Notes: generated from the letters alone by a model not told the origin. A stretch of 46,597 bases of DNA from an uncultured Flavobacteriaceae bacterium (GCA_965530995.1 CBESOB010000001.1:1-46597); one strand, 5' to 3'; counted from the first letter of the stretch, positions 36,754 to 46,389 are shown. Numbers and translations: made by a program.

Positions 36754-38058
36754 TTAGCTTTTGGTCTTTAAGGTCGTATAAAACACTTGTTGCAAAGCAG
36801 GTCGAATGTTCAAATTATAGATGTTTCGATGAGTTCTTGAAGGATATACACGATTGGATAGGAAGATGAAAACCAATTGCTCTTTGGGGTCGGCCCACAC
36901 AAATGTTCCGGTGAAACCCGCATGACCAAAACTTTCAGGACTTACCTGAGGCGCTGGATAGGATTTTGTAATTGACAGAGTGTCATTACCGATCAATGGC
37001 TTGTCAAATCCCAACCCACGTCGGTTATCATTGTCTGGGTATTGGATTTTAATGAACTCGTTGATCGTAGATTCCTTAAGATAACGTTTGTTATCATAAA
37101 TTCCTTTTTGCATATACATTTGCATGAGAATTGCGAGGTCGTTAGCAGTTCCGAAGAGACCGGCATTTCCGGAAAAACCACCTAATAATGCCGCATTTTC
37201 ATCGTGAACCCAGCCCCTAGTGAGGGTTTTCCTGAAGATCGTGTCAACTTCTGTAGGAACAATGACGTTCTTAAAATTCTTGGATCTAGGATTGAATCCC
37301 AGTGTAAACAATCCAAGTGGGCGATAAAAATTATCTTGAAGATACGCTTCATAGGATTCACCGGTTATATTTTCAATCAAGCCAGGATAAATCAAGAAAC
37401 TCAAGCCAGAGTATTTGTATACTTTATCATTGCTTATTTTAGATCGTTTTATTTTGCGATATATCTTTTTCTTGAAATGCTTATTGACGTAAAGACTGTC
37501 ATAAACTTGATAGCTAAAACGTTTGCTAGGTTTATGTCTTAAAAAACGTTTTTTCAGCTTGTCTCTTCTCATGACATCATTCAAGAAAACAATGTATGGG
37601 TTAAGCCCGGCTTGATGCGATAGAATTTCACGAAGTGTAAGGTCTTTCTTGTCTGCGTGTCTTTTCCACGGTTTCCAATAACTACTAAATGGTGTATCCA
37701 AATCAAGTTTGCCCTCGTCGTATAGCTTCATGATGGCAGGTAAGGCCCCAGCTATTTTAGTAACTGAAGCAAGGTCATAGATGTCATTGAGAGCTACGTT
37801 TTGAATGCTGTCATAGGTATGATATCCATAGGCTTTATGAAAAATTATCTTGCCATTTTTGGCAACAAGCAATTGTGCACCGGGGAAGGCCTTTTTCGCA
37901 ATACCAAGTGTCATTATGGAATCTACTTTTGTCTGGATTTGAGTGGCATCCAGACCAACGTCTTCAGGCGTGCCGTATACGAGGGCATCATGATGAGTTT
38001 GTCCTTGCAGGTGACCCCAAAAACACATGACGAAAAAAAGAAAAATTACTTTGTACAT
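36754..38058 (-). CDS. Serine hydrolase (class C beta-lactamase-like)
   Basis: SxxK motif LASVTKIAG, signal peptide MYKVIFLFFVMCFWGHLQG, and HAGFTG near the C-terminus. The ATG at 38058 is preferred over TTG at 38073. Confidence 0.8.
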   Translation of the reverse strand: MYKVIFLFFVMCFWGHLQGQTHHDALVYGTPEDVGLDATQIQTKVDSIMTLGIAKKAFPGAQLLVAKNGKIIFHKAYGYHTYDSIQNVALNDIYDLASVTKIAGALPAIMKLYDEGKLDLDTPFSSYWKPWKRHADKKDLTLREILSHQAGLNPYIVFLNDVMRRDKLKKRFLRHKPSKRFSYQVYDSLYVNKHFKKKIYRKIKRSKISNDKVYKYSGLSFLIYPGLIENITGESYEAYLQDNFYRPLGLFTLGFNPRSKNFKNVIVPTEVDTIFRKTLTRGWVHDENAALLGGFSGNAGLFGTANDLAILMQMYMQKGIYDNKRYLKESTINEFIKIQYPDNDNRRGLGFDKPLIGNDTLSITKSYPAPQVSPESFGHAGFTGTFVWADPKEQLVFIFLSNRVYPSRTHRNIYNLNIRPALQQVFYTTLKTKS

Positions 38059-38087
38059 GAATTCAATTCTCAAATTGAAAGAACAAG

Positions 38088-39077
38088 TTATGAAATCAAT
38101 TTCACAACATCCTTCGCAAAATAACTGGCTATGATATTGGCCCCTGCTCTTTTGATTGATGTGATTTGCTCCAACATGACGGCGTCGTGGTCTAACCAGC
38201 CTTTTTCAGCAGCCGCTTTCAGCATGGCATATTCTCCGGATACTTGATAGACTGCAACAGGAACATCAACAGCATTTTTTATATCTCTTACAATATCCAA
38301 ATAACACAATCCCGGTTTTATCATGACAATATCCGCACCTTCCTTAATATCCAGTAGGGTTTCACGAATGGCTTCATCGCGATTCGCAGGATCCATTTGA
38401 TAGGTTTGCTTGTCTTTAGGAACATCTTTTGCATTGACAGGAGCCGAATCCAATGCATCTCGAAATGGGCCATAGAACCCCGACGCATACTTTGCCGAAT
38501 AACTCATGATTCCGGTATTGTGGAATCCTTCATCTTCCAATAATGACCGAATCTCGAAAATGCGACCATCCATCATATCACTAGGCGCTACAAAATCAGC
38601 GCCTGCTCGGGCATGAGATAAGCTCATTTCTGCCAATAGGGCATTAGTTTCGTCATTCAGTATTTGTCCATTGTGCACGATGCCATCATGCCCAAAAGAC
38701 GAGTATGGATCGAGCGCCACATCGGTCATCACCAACATATCTGGACAGGCATTTTTTACGATTTTTATAGCACGTTGCATGAGCCCTTCAGGGTTGAGTG
38801 CTTCTGTTCCTGAATTGTCTTTTAGATTGTCTGGTACTTTCACAAAGAGTAAAACAGCTTTTAGATCGAATTTCCAAAGGTCCTTCACTTCCTTTTCAAG
38901 CAGGTCTAAACTAAAACGGTAGTAGTTCGGCATGGAAGCGATCTCTTCTTTTATACCTTTGCCTTCTACGACAAACAGGGGCACCAAGAAATCGTTAGGC
39001 GTAATGACTGTTTCACTAACCAACGCACGAATGCTTGCACTCTGTCTTAATCGTCTATTTCTCTGTAATGGATACAT
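38088..39077 (-). CDS. hemB: Porphobilinogen synthase (delta-aminolevulinate dehydratase), Asp-rich metal-site type
   Basis: Full-length match to the PBGS pattern (RRLR, VMIKPG, YQVSGEY). The metal site reads DVALDPYSSFGHDG instead of the Cys-rich DxCxCxY. Confidence 0.95.
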   Translation of the reverse strand: MYPLQRNRRLRQSASIRALVSETVITPNDFLVPLFVVEGKGIKEEIASMPNYYRFSLDLLEKEVKDLWKFDLKAVLLFVKVPDNLKDNSGTEALNPEGLMQRAIKIVKNACPDMLVMTDVALDPYSSFGHDGIVHNGQILNDETNALLAEMSLSHARAGADFVAPSDMMDGRIFEIRSLLEDEGFHNTGIMSYSAKYASGFYGPFRDALDSAPVNAKDVPKDKQTYQMDPANRDEAIRETLLDIKEGADIVMIKPGLCYLDIVRDIKNAVDVPVAVYQVSGEYAMLKAAAEKGWLDHDAVMLEQITSIKRAGANIIASYFAKDVVKLIS

Positions 39078-39078
39078 A

Positions 39079-39981
39079 TTAAACCCAGTTTTTTGGTTTT
39101 TTTAAAACATCAATTAATTTTCCTTCTTCACTCCCTGTCTTAGGATGGTAGTTGTAATGCCATTGTACATGAGGCGGTAAACTCATTAAGATACTTTCAA
39201 TGCGCCCGTTGGTCTTCAGGCCAAACAAAGTGCCTTTGTCATGTACTAAATTGAATTCGACATATCGTCCACGACGTATTTCTTGCCAGTCCCGTTGCTC
39301 TTTAGTATATGGCAATTTCTTTCTTTTTTCAACTATTGGGTGATATGCATCAAGGAAGCTATTACCTACTTCTGTGACAAAATCATACCAATTTTCCATG
39401 AACATGTCATTGGATGCTTTGCAATGATCGAAGAACAAACCACCAATGCCACGACCTTCGTTTCTATGTGAATTGTAAAAATACTCATCACATCTGGCTT
39501 TGTATTTTGGGTAGAATTCCGGATTGTGTTTGTCACAGGCTATTTTACAAGTTTCATGAAAATGAACGGCATCTTCTTCAAACAAATAGTATGGGGTAAG
39601 GTCTTGCCCTCCGCCGAACCATTGATCAACGATCTTTCCATTTTGATCATACATCTCGAAATAGCGCCAATTTGCGTGAACCGTTGGAACCATAGGGCTT
39701 TTAGGATGTATAACTAGACTTAAACCGCAGGCAAAAAAATCAGCATCTTTAACACCAAAATAGGATTGCATACTTTCTGGCAGTTTGCCATGTACAGCTG
39801 ATATGTTGACACCTCCTTTTTCAAATACATCGCCATTCTCTATGACGCGTGTTCTCCCACCGCCACCTTCTGGTCGTTTCCAAATATCTTCTTGAAATTG
39901 GGCTTTGCCATCCATTGCTTCTAGCTCTGAAGTAATGCTATCCTGTAACTCTTGTATATATTGATAAAACTTATCTTTCAT
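39079..39981 (-). CDS. hemF: Oxygen-dependent coproporphyrinogen III oxidase
   Basis: RPEGGGGRTRVIENGDVFEKGGVNIS, HPKSPMVPTVHANWRYFE and GIGGLFFD signatures. Confidence 0.95.
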   Translation of the reverse strand: MKDKFYQYIQELQDSITSELEAMDGKAQFQEDIWKRPEGGGGRTRVIENGDVFEKGGVNISAVHGKLPESMQSYFGVKDADFFACGLSLVIHPKSPMVPTVHANWRYFEMYDQNGKIVDQWFGGGQDLTPYYLFEEDAVHFHETCKIACDKHNPEFYPKYKARCDEYFYNSHRNEGRGIGGLFFDHCKASNDMFMENWYDFVTEVGNSFLDAYHPIVEKRKKLPYTKEQRDWQEIRRGRYVEFNLVHDKGTLFGLKTNGRIESILMSLPPHVQWHYNYHPKTGSEEGKLIDVLKKPKNWV

Positions 39982-40507
39982 ATGTTAATTCGTAAAGTTC
40001 CATATCCAATGGAGCTCCATTAGTTGGTGTGAATTCATGACGCATCGTTTTCACCCATGTATAACCACATTTTAAAGCTACTTTAACGCTTCCGATATTA
40101 CTTTCATGAACGATGATCTGTAGTGTTTTTAACTTCAAATCCTCAAAAGCATATTTTGAAAGCGCTTTTACCGCTTTGCTCATTACCCCTTTTCCTTCAA
40201 AAGGATATCCAATGGCATATGCGAACTCAGCTTGTTTTTTATCTACATCCAATTCTTTAATATAAACTAACCCGACTAGCTCGTTCGATGATTCTTGCTT
40301 GATCGTGAATAACAACTCTTCTTTAGAATTGAATTGTTTCACCGTTTTCTGTACAAAGCTTTTTGACAATGTAGGTGTGATAGTTTGTTCAAGAGTCTTC
40401 GGAAAATAAAGCTTCAGTCGGTCTTCATTGGAATTCGCAAAATTGCAAAGACTCCAAGCGTCTTCTATCTGTATTGGATTTATATGGTAGTCTGCAATAG
40501 CGATCAT
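39971..40507 (-). CDS. GNAT family N-acetyltransferase (RimJ/RimL-like)
   Basis: 178 aa with an acetyl-CoA binding region GYPFEGKGVMSKAVKAL. ATGA overlap with the upstream gene and an 11-nt overlap with hemF. Confidence 0.8.
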   Translation of the reverse strand: MIAIADYHINPIQIEDAWSLCNFANSNEDRLKLYFPKTLEQTITPTLSKSFVQKTVKQFNSKEELLFTIKQESSNELVGLVYIKELDVDKKQAEFAYAIGYPFEGKGVMSKAVKALSKYAFEDLKLKTLQIIVHESNIGSVKVALKCGYTWVKTMRHEFTPTNGAPLDMELYELTYER

Positions 40508-41274
40508 TCCTTGTCAATTACTAAATGATTCCCTGCCTTTAGCAGTTCTATAGTCTTAGTTGATGCAGCCGTGACTGAAAGAGGTAGAACCAGAACAATA
40601 CCAATTACGGGAATCAATAAAAAGAGCATGAAAACAATCCCATTGCCAATGGCAATGCCTTTATTCTTTCCAACAAAATTGATACTCTCTCGATATTTAA
40701 AATGGCGCTCCAAGGTATAATCCATATTACCAAATCCAGCATAATAGGCTTGAACCAAAAACAACAAAATAGTAGAGAGGAACCCAATCAACGGAATAAA
40801 ACTGATGAGTAATATAGGAATCGTTAACAATAATTCCTTCAACAGATTCCTAACATTGATCCTAATACCACGCCACAATTGTTCCTTGAATGATGTGTTT
40901 CTATGAATATGCTTTTCCTTAGAGTCCAGACCTAGAAGATGACGTTCTATTTTTTCAGAAACGGGACTCATAAATGGGGCAGACAATGCCATGATAATGT
41001 GCTTATAAACAATAAGCCCTATCGCTATTACTGTTATTCCACCAATAACTTCACTAATGGTGGTGAATGTCTCTTTTCCCCAATCCCAAACCCATATTCT
41101 AGCAATGAAAGCTCCTATGTTATCTGACAATCCATAGGCCAAAAAACCAATGGAGATAGCAGTTACTAGACTAATTAAAACAGGAATGCCAAAGTACTTC
41201 CAGAGACCGAGCTTGGAAATCAGACCGAAGGTTCCGGTATATGCTTGTATGCCTTTAATAATGTTGTTAATCAT
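40504..41274 (-). CDS. EI24/CysZ-like integral membrane protein
   Basis: Multi-helix protein. ALSAPFMSPVSEKIE resembles the CysZ/EI24 APF..L.EKVE motif. Confidence 0.65.
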   Translation of the reverse strand: MINNIIKGIQAYTGTFGLISKLGLWKYFGIPVLISLVTAISIGFLAYGLSDNIGAFIARIWVWDWGKETFTTISEVIGGITVIAIGLIVYKHIIMALSAPFMSPVSEKIERHLLGLDSKEKHIHRNTSFKEQLWRGIRINVRNLLKELLLTIPILLISFIPLIGFLSTILLFLVQAYYAGFGNMDYTLERHFKYRESINFVGKNKGIAIGNGIVFMLFLLIPVIGIVLVLPLSVTAASTKTIELLKAGNHLVIDKE

Positions 41275-41349
41275 CCTATCACTAGCCCTTTCCCGAGGAA
41301 AGAGAACTTTTATATTTTCCCTCTTAATGGCTTCTTCCCTTTGGGAAGA

Positions 41350-42375
41350 TCAAGAAGGGAATTCTTTTACTGCATCAATGAATGCCTTGGCATTATCCAA
41401 CGGAATGTTTGGCAAAATACCATGTCCTAAATTTACGATGTATTTATCTTTTCCGAAATCGTTTATCATCTGATGCACCATTTTCTTGATTTCAGAAGGC
41501 GGAGAGAATAAACGTGTTGGGTCAAAATTACCTTGAAGTGTAATATTGCCACCTGTTAAGTAACGTGCGTTTCTTGCCGAGCATGTCCAATCAACTCCTA
41601 ATGCAGCTGCTCCAGATTTTGACATTTCGTTAAGAGCAAACCAACAGCCTTTGCCGAAGGCAATAACTGGTGCCTCATCTTTTAACGCGTTAATGATCTG
41701 CTGAATATATTGCCAAGAGAATTCTTGATAATCTACTGGAGATAACATTCCTCCCCAACTATCAAATACTTGCACGGCATCCACACCCGCTTTCACTTTT
41801 TCCTTGAGGTACGCAATAGTAGTGTCTGTTATTTTCTGAAGCAACTCATGGGCTGCAATGGGGTTTGTGAAACAGAATTGCTTTGCCTTGTCAAAATTCT
41901 TACTACCTTGACCCTGAACACAGTAACATAAAATTGTCCATGGAGAGCCCGCAAATCCAATTAATGGGATGTCATTATTCAGTTTTTCCTTCGTGGCTTT
42001 TATGGCTTGATAGACATAATCAAGTTCAATAGTGACATCTGGTACGATAACATTGTCCACATCTTTTTGAGAGCGTACAGGATTTGGTAAATAAGGCCCA
42101 AAATCCGGTTTCATTTGCACTTCAATGTTCATAGCTTGTGGGATTACCAGAATATCGCAGAACAAGATGGCGGCATCCATACCATAACGACGAATGGGTT
42201 GTACTGTGATCTCACTTGCAAGTTCTGGTGTCCGGCAACGTGTAAAGAAATCGTACTTGGCCTTAATTTCCATGAATTCTGGCAAATAACGACCTGCTTG
42301 GCGCATCATCCAGACAGGTGGGCGATCTACCGTTTCTCCTTTTAGGGCTCTTAAAAATAAATCGTTCTTTATCAT
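41350..42375 (-). CDS. hemE: Uroporphyrinogen decarboxylase
   Basis: [16 protein letters not shown] signature and full-length URO-D pattern. Confidence 0.95.
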   Translation of the reverse strand: MIKNDLFLRALKGETVDRPPVWMMRQAGRYLPEFMEIKAKYDFFTRCRTPELASEITVQPIRRYGMDAAILFCDILVIPQAMNIEVQMKPDFGPYLPNPVRSQKDVDNVIVPDVTIELDYVYQAIKATKEKLNNDIPLIGFAGSPWTILCYCVQGQGSKNFDKAKQFCFTNPIAAHELLQKITDTTIAYLKEKVKAGVDAVQVFDSWGGMLSPVDYQEFSWQYIQQIINALKDEAPVIAFGKGCWFALNEMSKSGAAALGVDWTCSARNARYLTGGNITLQGNFDPTRLFSPPSEIKKMVHQMINDFGKDKYIVNLGHGILPNIPLDNAKAFIDAVKEFPS

Positions 42376-42380
42376 GTTAC

Positions 42381-42457
42381 TGTCATTCCTGCAAAAGCAG
42401 GAATCTTTTAAATTTAAACTTTATCATATTCAAGTGAATTCCTGCTTTCGCAGGAAT
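42381..42457. repeat. Pair of REP-like hairpins between hemC-hemD and hemE
   Basis: tgtc-attcctgc-aaaa-gcaggaat-c at 42381-42405 and attcctgc-tttc-gcaggaat at 42438-42457. Both have perfect 8-bp stems. Confidence 0.85.
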
Positions 42458-42462
42458 GGCAA

Positions 42463-44040
42463 CTATAAATAATGTTCATTCACCAATTCAATCACGCTCT
42501 CAACGGTTGGCACTTTAGCAATTCGTACATCCTTGAAATGCTTTTTTGCTTCATTGGCCGTGGACTCGCCAATACAGAATGCTATTTTGTCTGATCTGTT
42601 TTCCAGAATGAAGCTTTGCACTGTCGAAGGACTGTAAAACATCACACCTTCAATTTTGTCATTGATCTTTTTAGAGGCATAAGCTGTTTGATAGGCTTCG
42701 ATCTCGTTCACAACGATATTGTTTTTCTTTAGAATGGATGGTAGGTCATCCAATCGCAGATCACTACAGAAATAAGTGACTTCGGTTCCTTCCAAATGAT
42801 CTACCAAGTGCTCAGCGAGTCGTTTGGCGTTTCGCTCAGAATGAGTGACTTTCCCTATTTTGCTTTCAATCAGTTTTTTTGTACGGCGACCTACACAATA
42901 AATATTCTTGAATTTTAATTGATCCGCTGAAAAACCAGTCGTTAAGGATTCTACAGAATTTTTACTGGTAATGATAACATTCCTGATTTCAGATTTCAAT
43001 AAGTGCGGTGCTATCCTATTGAATTTTATTTGGATGAAATCAGAGCTTTCAACGACAATGTCCTTATTCATCAATTGCGATTGACCTTCAGTCAAGGCCT
43101 TTGTAGAATAGATGTTCGTTTGCTTTTCTGAACGGATCATGTCATCCATCAATCGTTTTCCGCCACGTTCAATAATGAAGTCTGCACACCATTGAGCAAT
43201 CTCATCTTTGTCTTCTAAATTGACTTCACGAGTGACTTCTATCTTCTTACTTCCGTCAGTGCTTAGTAATGCACCTTGAAAGAATACTTTCTCATCTTTG
43301 ATATATGCCAAAGCTCCAATAGGTGCAGTGCAACCGCCTTCTAATAAATTAAGGAATTTGCGTTCAATACCAGTGCATATTTCAGTTTCTTCATGATTTA
43401 TTTCAGCACAGATGGCTTGAATTTCTTCATCTTCTTCTAATGCAGTAATCATAATGGCGCCTTGCGCGGGTGCTGGAATCATCCAATCAAGATTAACGGC
43501 ATCTTCGGGCCGTATATCCAATCTACCAATACCTGCAGCAGCGAAAATGGCACCATTCCAATCGTCATGGTCTTCCAGTTTTTCAAGCCTTGTATTTACA
43601 TTACCACGTAAATCAACAATGGTGTGGGTAGGATAACGATTTAGCCATTGTGCACGGCGTCTTAAGCTTCCTGTGGCAATGACGGCATTTCTTTGTGCTA
43701 GGAATTCTTCATTCTTATTGAATACCAAAGTATCTCTCACATTGCCGCGCTTTATAACAGCGGCTTGAACGATTCCTTTTGGCAATACTGTCGGTACATC
43801 TTTGAGAGAGTGTACAGCAATGTCAATATCATCATTGAGCATGGCAATATCTAATGTTCTTGAAAAAACACCGGTAATGCCGAGCTCATAAATGGGTTTG
43901 TTGAGGTTGAGGTCACCTGTAGATTTTACAGGCACCAAAGTGGTTTCATGTCCTAGTCCTTCTAATATTTCTTGTATGGTCGTGGCTTGCCATAGTGCTA
44001 ACTCGCTATCACGCGTGCCAATTCTTATAGTTCTAGACAT
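42463..44040 (-). CDS. hemC: Fused hydroxymethylbilane synthase (HemC, about aa 1-300) / uroporphyrinogen-III synthase (HemD-like, about aa 305-525)
   Basis: The N-terminal IRIGTRDSELALWQA and cofactor Cys in LEGGCTAPIGA identify HemC. The C-terminal ~220 aa (VIITSKNSVESL...VMFYSPSTVQSF) has the HemD two-lobe pattern. Confidence 0.88.
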   Translation of the reverse strand: MSRTIRIGTRDSELALWQATTIQEILEGLGHETTLVPVKSTGDLNLNKPIYELGITGVFSRTLDIAMLNDDIDIAVHSLKDVPTVLPKGIVQAAVIKRGNVRDTLVFNKNEEFLAQRNAVIATGSLRRRAQWLNRYPTHTIVDLRGNVNTRLEKLEDHDDWNGAIFAAAGIGRLDIRPEDAVNLDWMIPAPAQGAIMITALEEDEEIQAICAEINHEETEICTGIERKFLNLLEGGCTAPIGALAYIKDEKVFFQGALLSTDGSKKIEVTREVNLEDKDEIAQWCADFIIERGGKRLMDDMIRSEKQTNIYSTKALTEGQSQLMNKDIVVESSDFIQIKFNRIAPHLLKSEIRNVIITSKNSVESLTTGFSADQLKFKNIYCVGRRTKKLIESKIGKVTHSERNAKRLAEHLVDHLEGTEVTYFCSDLRLDDLPSILKKNNIVVNEIEAYQTAYASKKINDKIEGVMFYSPSTVQSFILENRSDKIAFCIGESTANEAKKHFKDVRIAKVPTVESVIELVNEHYL

Positions 44041-45295
44041 CGTTTGAAGCTTCTTCTAACTGGAATACTTTTTTTATGAGTTCCAAACTCTCATCTGTGG
44101 ATATGTTGTCATCTTTAAGATGATGTGCAAAATGATTCGTAATTTTCTGGATAATATTATTGCTAATCAATTCTGCCTGTTCTTCATTAAAATTAGATTG
44201 CTTCTTTCGCTGATTATCCAATTCAGTAGTTGCGAAATCTAGCAACTTATGTTTTAAAGCCTTTATGGTTGGTGCAAATTTCCTGGTCTCTAGCCAACTA
44301 TTGAATTCGCTTTTTACCTCTTCGATAATGTTTTCAGCCAAAGGTATGTGTTTCTTTCTATTCTCAAGGGTCTCATCTGTGATCTGAGATAAATAATCCA
44401 GATGAGTCAAGGAAACATTATTCAATTCTGAGACATTATGATGGACATTTTTTGGAATGGAAAGATCCAAAATCAATAATTCTTTATCTGTTTGAATGAT
44501 CTGTTTATCTATTGTTGGATTTTGTGCGCCTGTTGCTACAATCAAGACATCAGCTTCATTGATTTCTTCTTGAAGGTTAGCATAGTCCTTGACTATAAGA
44601 TTGAATTTTCCAGCAATTTTTTCTGCCCTGTCCTTGGTTCTATTTATTAGTGTGATTTTCTGGTTATTAGTGTGTTTTACTAAATTTTCACAAGTATTAC
44701 GACCGATTTTACCGGTGCCGAATAATAGGATGTTCTTATTTGATATGTTTTCTACTTCCCTCATAATGTATTGAACTGAGGCAAAAGATACGGAAGTTGC
44801 TCCGGAAGAAATTTCCGTTTCCGTTTTGATGCGCTTACTAGCCTGAATCACTGAATTTACTAATCGTTCAATGAATGAATTCAATAAATCATGCTTTTTA
44901 GAGAGTTTTGCACTTGTTTTTATTTGACTGATAATCTCAAAATCACCAAGAATTTGACTATCGAGTCCAGAACCCACTCGAAACATATGAGATACTGCGG
45001 CTCCACTCTTATGAATGTAAGCCACTTTCTGGAATTCTTCCACCGTACCTTTGGTATTATCACAAAGTAATTGGATGAGTTGGAAAGGATGTTGGGCAAA
45101 TCCATAGATTTCTGTCCTATTGCATGTCGAAGTTACAACTAGGCTTTCAATGTTAGCAGATTTTGCTTGTTGAAGTAAGATGATTTTTGAGCCATCATCC
45201 AAACTAAAGCGCCCACGAATTTCGGCATCTGCTTTCTTATAGCTTAAACCGATGGCATAAAAGGATGTTCCTTTAGATATATTATATTGCTCCAT
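44033..45295 (-). CDS. hemA: Glutamyl-tRNA reductase
   Basis: Active-site region LVVTSTCNRTEIYG and NADPH-binding ILLFGTGKIGRN. 8-nt overlap with hemC-hemD. Confidence 0.95.
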   Translation of the reverse strand: MEQYNISKGTSFYAIGLSYKKADAEIRGRFSLDDGSKIILLQQAKSANIESLVVTSTCNRTEIYGFAQHPFQLIQLLCDNTKGTVEEFQKVAYIHKSGAAVSHMFRVGSGLDSQILGDFEIISQIKTSAKLSKKHDLLNSFIERLVNSVIQASKRIKTETEISSGATSVSFASVQYIMREVENISNKNILLFGTGKIGRNTCENLVKHTNNQKITLINRTKDRAEKIAGKFNLIVKDYANLQEEINEADVLIVATGAQNPTIDKQIIQTDKELLILDLSIPKNVHHNVSELNNVSLTHLDYLSQITDETLENRKKHIPLAENIIEEVKSEFNSWLETRKFAPTIKALKHKLLDFATTELDNQRKKQSNFNEEQAELISNNIIQKITNHFAHHLKDDNISTDESLELIKKVFQLEEASNDV

Positions 45296-45317
45296 TACCT
45301 GATCTGTAATTCTTCAA

Positions 45318-45325
45318 CAAAAATA
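45318..45325 (-). promoter_or_regulatory. Candidate -7 box TATTTTTG for the hem operon
   Basis: caaaaata on the plus strand is TAnnTTTG on the minus strand, 23 nt upstream of the hemA ATG. Confidence 0.4.
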
Positions 45326-45462
45326 GAATGTGTAAAAGTCTAAAAATAACGCTCTAAGAACTTTTAGTGTCGTTTGTGGTTTTTAACTTTATTTATTCTA
45401 AAAGAATGATAAATATCATATTTTCGCAGTCGTACTATTGATTTGGCTAAAATTAGATTAGA

Positions 45463-46389
45463 ATGAACTTAAATAACAACAACAATTCCCAAAGGAATCA
45501 ATTACAAAAAAATGTCGCTGAAGGGTCATATTTTGAAACAAAAGTCGAAGAAGGTTTTTATGTCCTGACCTACAAGAATCTATCTAACGCCATTGAAGTT
45601 GTTGAAAAAGATTTAGATAGTAATTTTATCCAGTTTCATTTTTGTCTTAAGGGTTCGAGTAAATTTAACTTCAATGAGGGACGTTATTTATTGGATATTG
45701 TAGAAGAAAAATCCCTATTGCTTTATAACCCTCAAAGGGATTTGCCAATTCATTTAGAAGTGAATCCAAATTCTTGGTTGGTAACCATATTGATATCAAT
45801 CAAGAAATTTCACGGATTGTTTTCACAAGAGGCAGATTATATTACATTTTTAAGTGATGACAATAAGGACAAAAAGTACTATAAAGATGGTATGATATCA
45901 CCTTCGATGGCCATTGTTCTTAATCAGTTGATTAATTACAATCTTAACCCAACCATAAAAAATCTATACTTTAAAGGTAAGTCATACGAATTATTGAGTT
46001 TGTACTTCAATAGAACGGAGGATGCCAATATAGAGCAATGTCCTTTTTTAGTAGATGAAACTAATGTTGCAAAAATCAGGATGGCCAAGGATATCGTCAT
46101 TTCTAGAATGGCTGAACCTCCAAGTTTGCAGGAATTGGCCCATGAAATTGGATTGAGCTTAAAAAAACTGAAGGAAGGGTTTAAACAGATCTATGGAGAT
46201 TCGGTATATAGTTTCTTATTTGATTATAAAATGGAAGTCGCTCGAAAACTGTTGGAATCCGGTGACCACAACGTCAATGAAGTTGGCCTTAAAGTCGGCT
46301 ATAGTACAGCAAGTCATTTTATTGCGGCGTTCAAAAAAAAGTATGGTACGACGCCAAAGAAGTATATTACTTCCACTACAATCAATTGA
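45463..46389 (+). CDS. AraC family transcriptional regulator, divergent from hemA
   Basis: C-terminal double HTH: SLQELAHEIGLSLKKLKEGFKQIYG...VNEVGLKVGYSTASHFIAAFKKKYGTTP. Confidence 0.9.
   Translation: MNLNNNNNSQRNQLQKNVAEGSYFETKVEEGFYVLTYKNLSNAIEVVEKDLDSNFIQFHFCLKGSSKFNFNEGRYLLDIVEEKSLLLYNPQRDLPIHLEVNPNSWLVTILISIKKFHGLFSQEADYITFLSDDNKDKKYYKDGMISPSMAIVLNQLINYNLNPTIKNLYFKGKSYELLSLYFNRTEDANIEQCPFLVDETNVAKIRMAKDIVISRMAEPPSLQELAHEIGLSLKKLKEGFKQIYGDSVYSFLFDYKMEVARKLLESGDHNVNEVGLKVGYSTASHFIAAFKKKYGTTPKKYITSTTIN

Noticed and set aside
41288-41348. Two small hairpins (ctttcc-cga-ggaaag and cttccc-ttt-gggaag) between hemE and the EI24-like gene
   Set aside because: The stems are 6 bp with 3-nt loops and no U tract, and they are unrelated to the REP-like family. 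They are too weak to call as terminators or regulatory elements.
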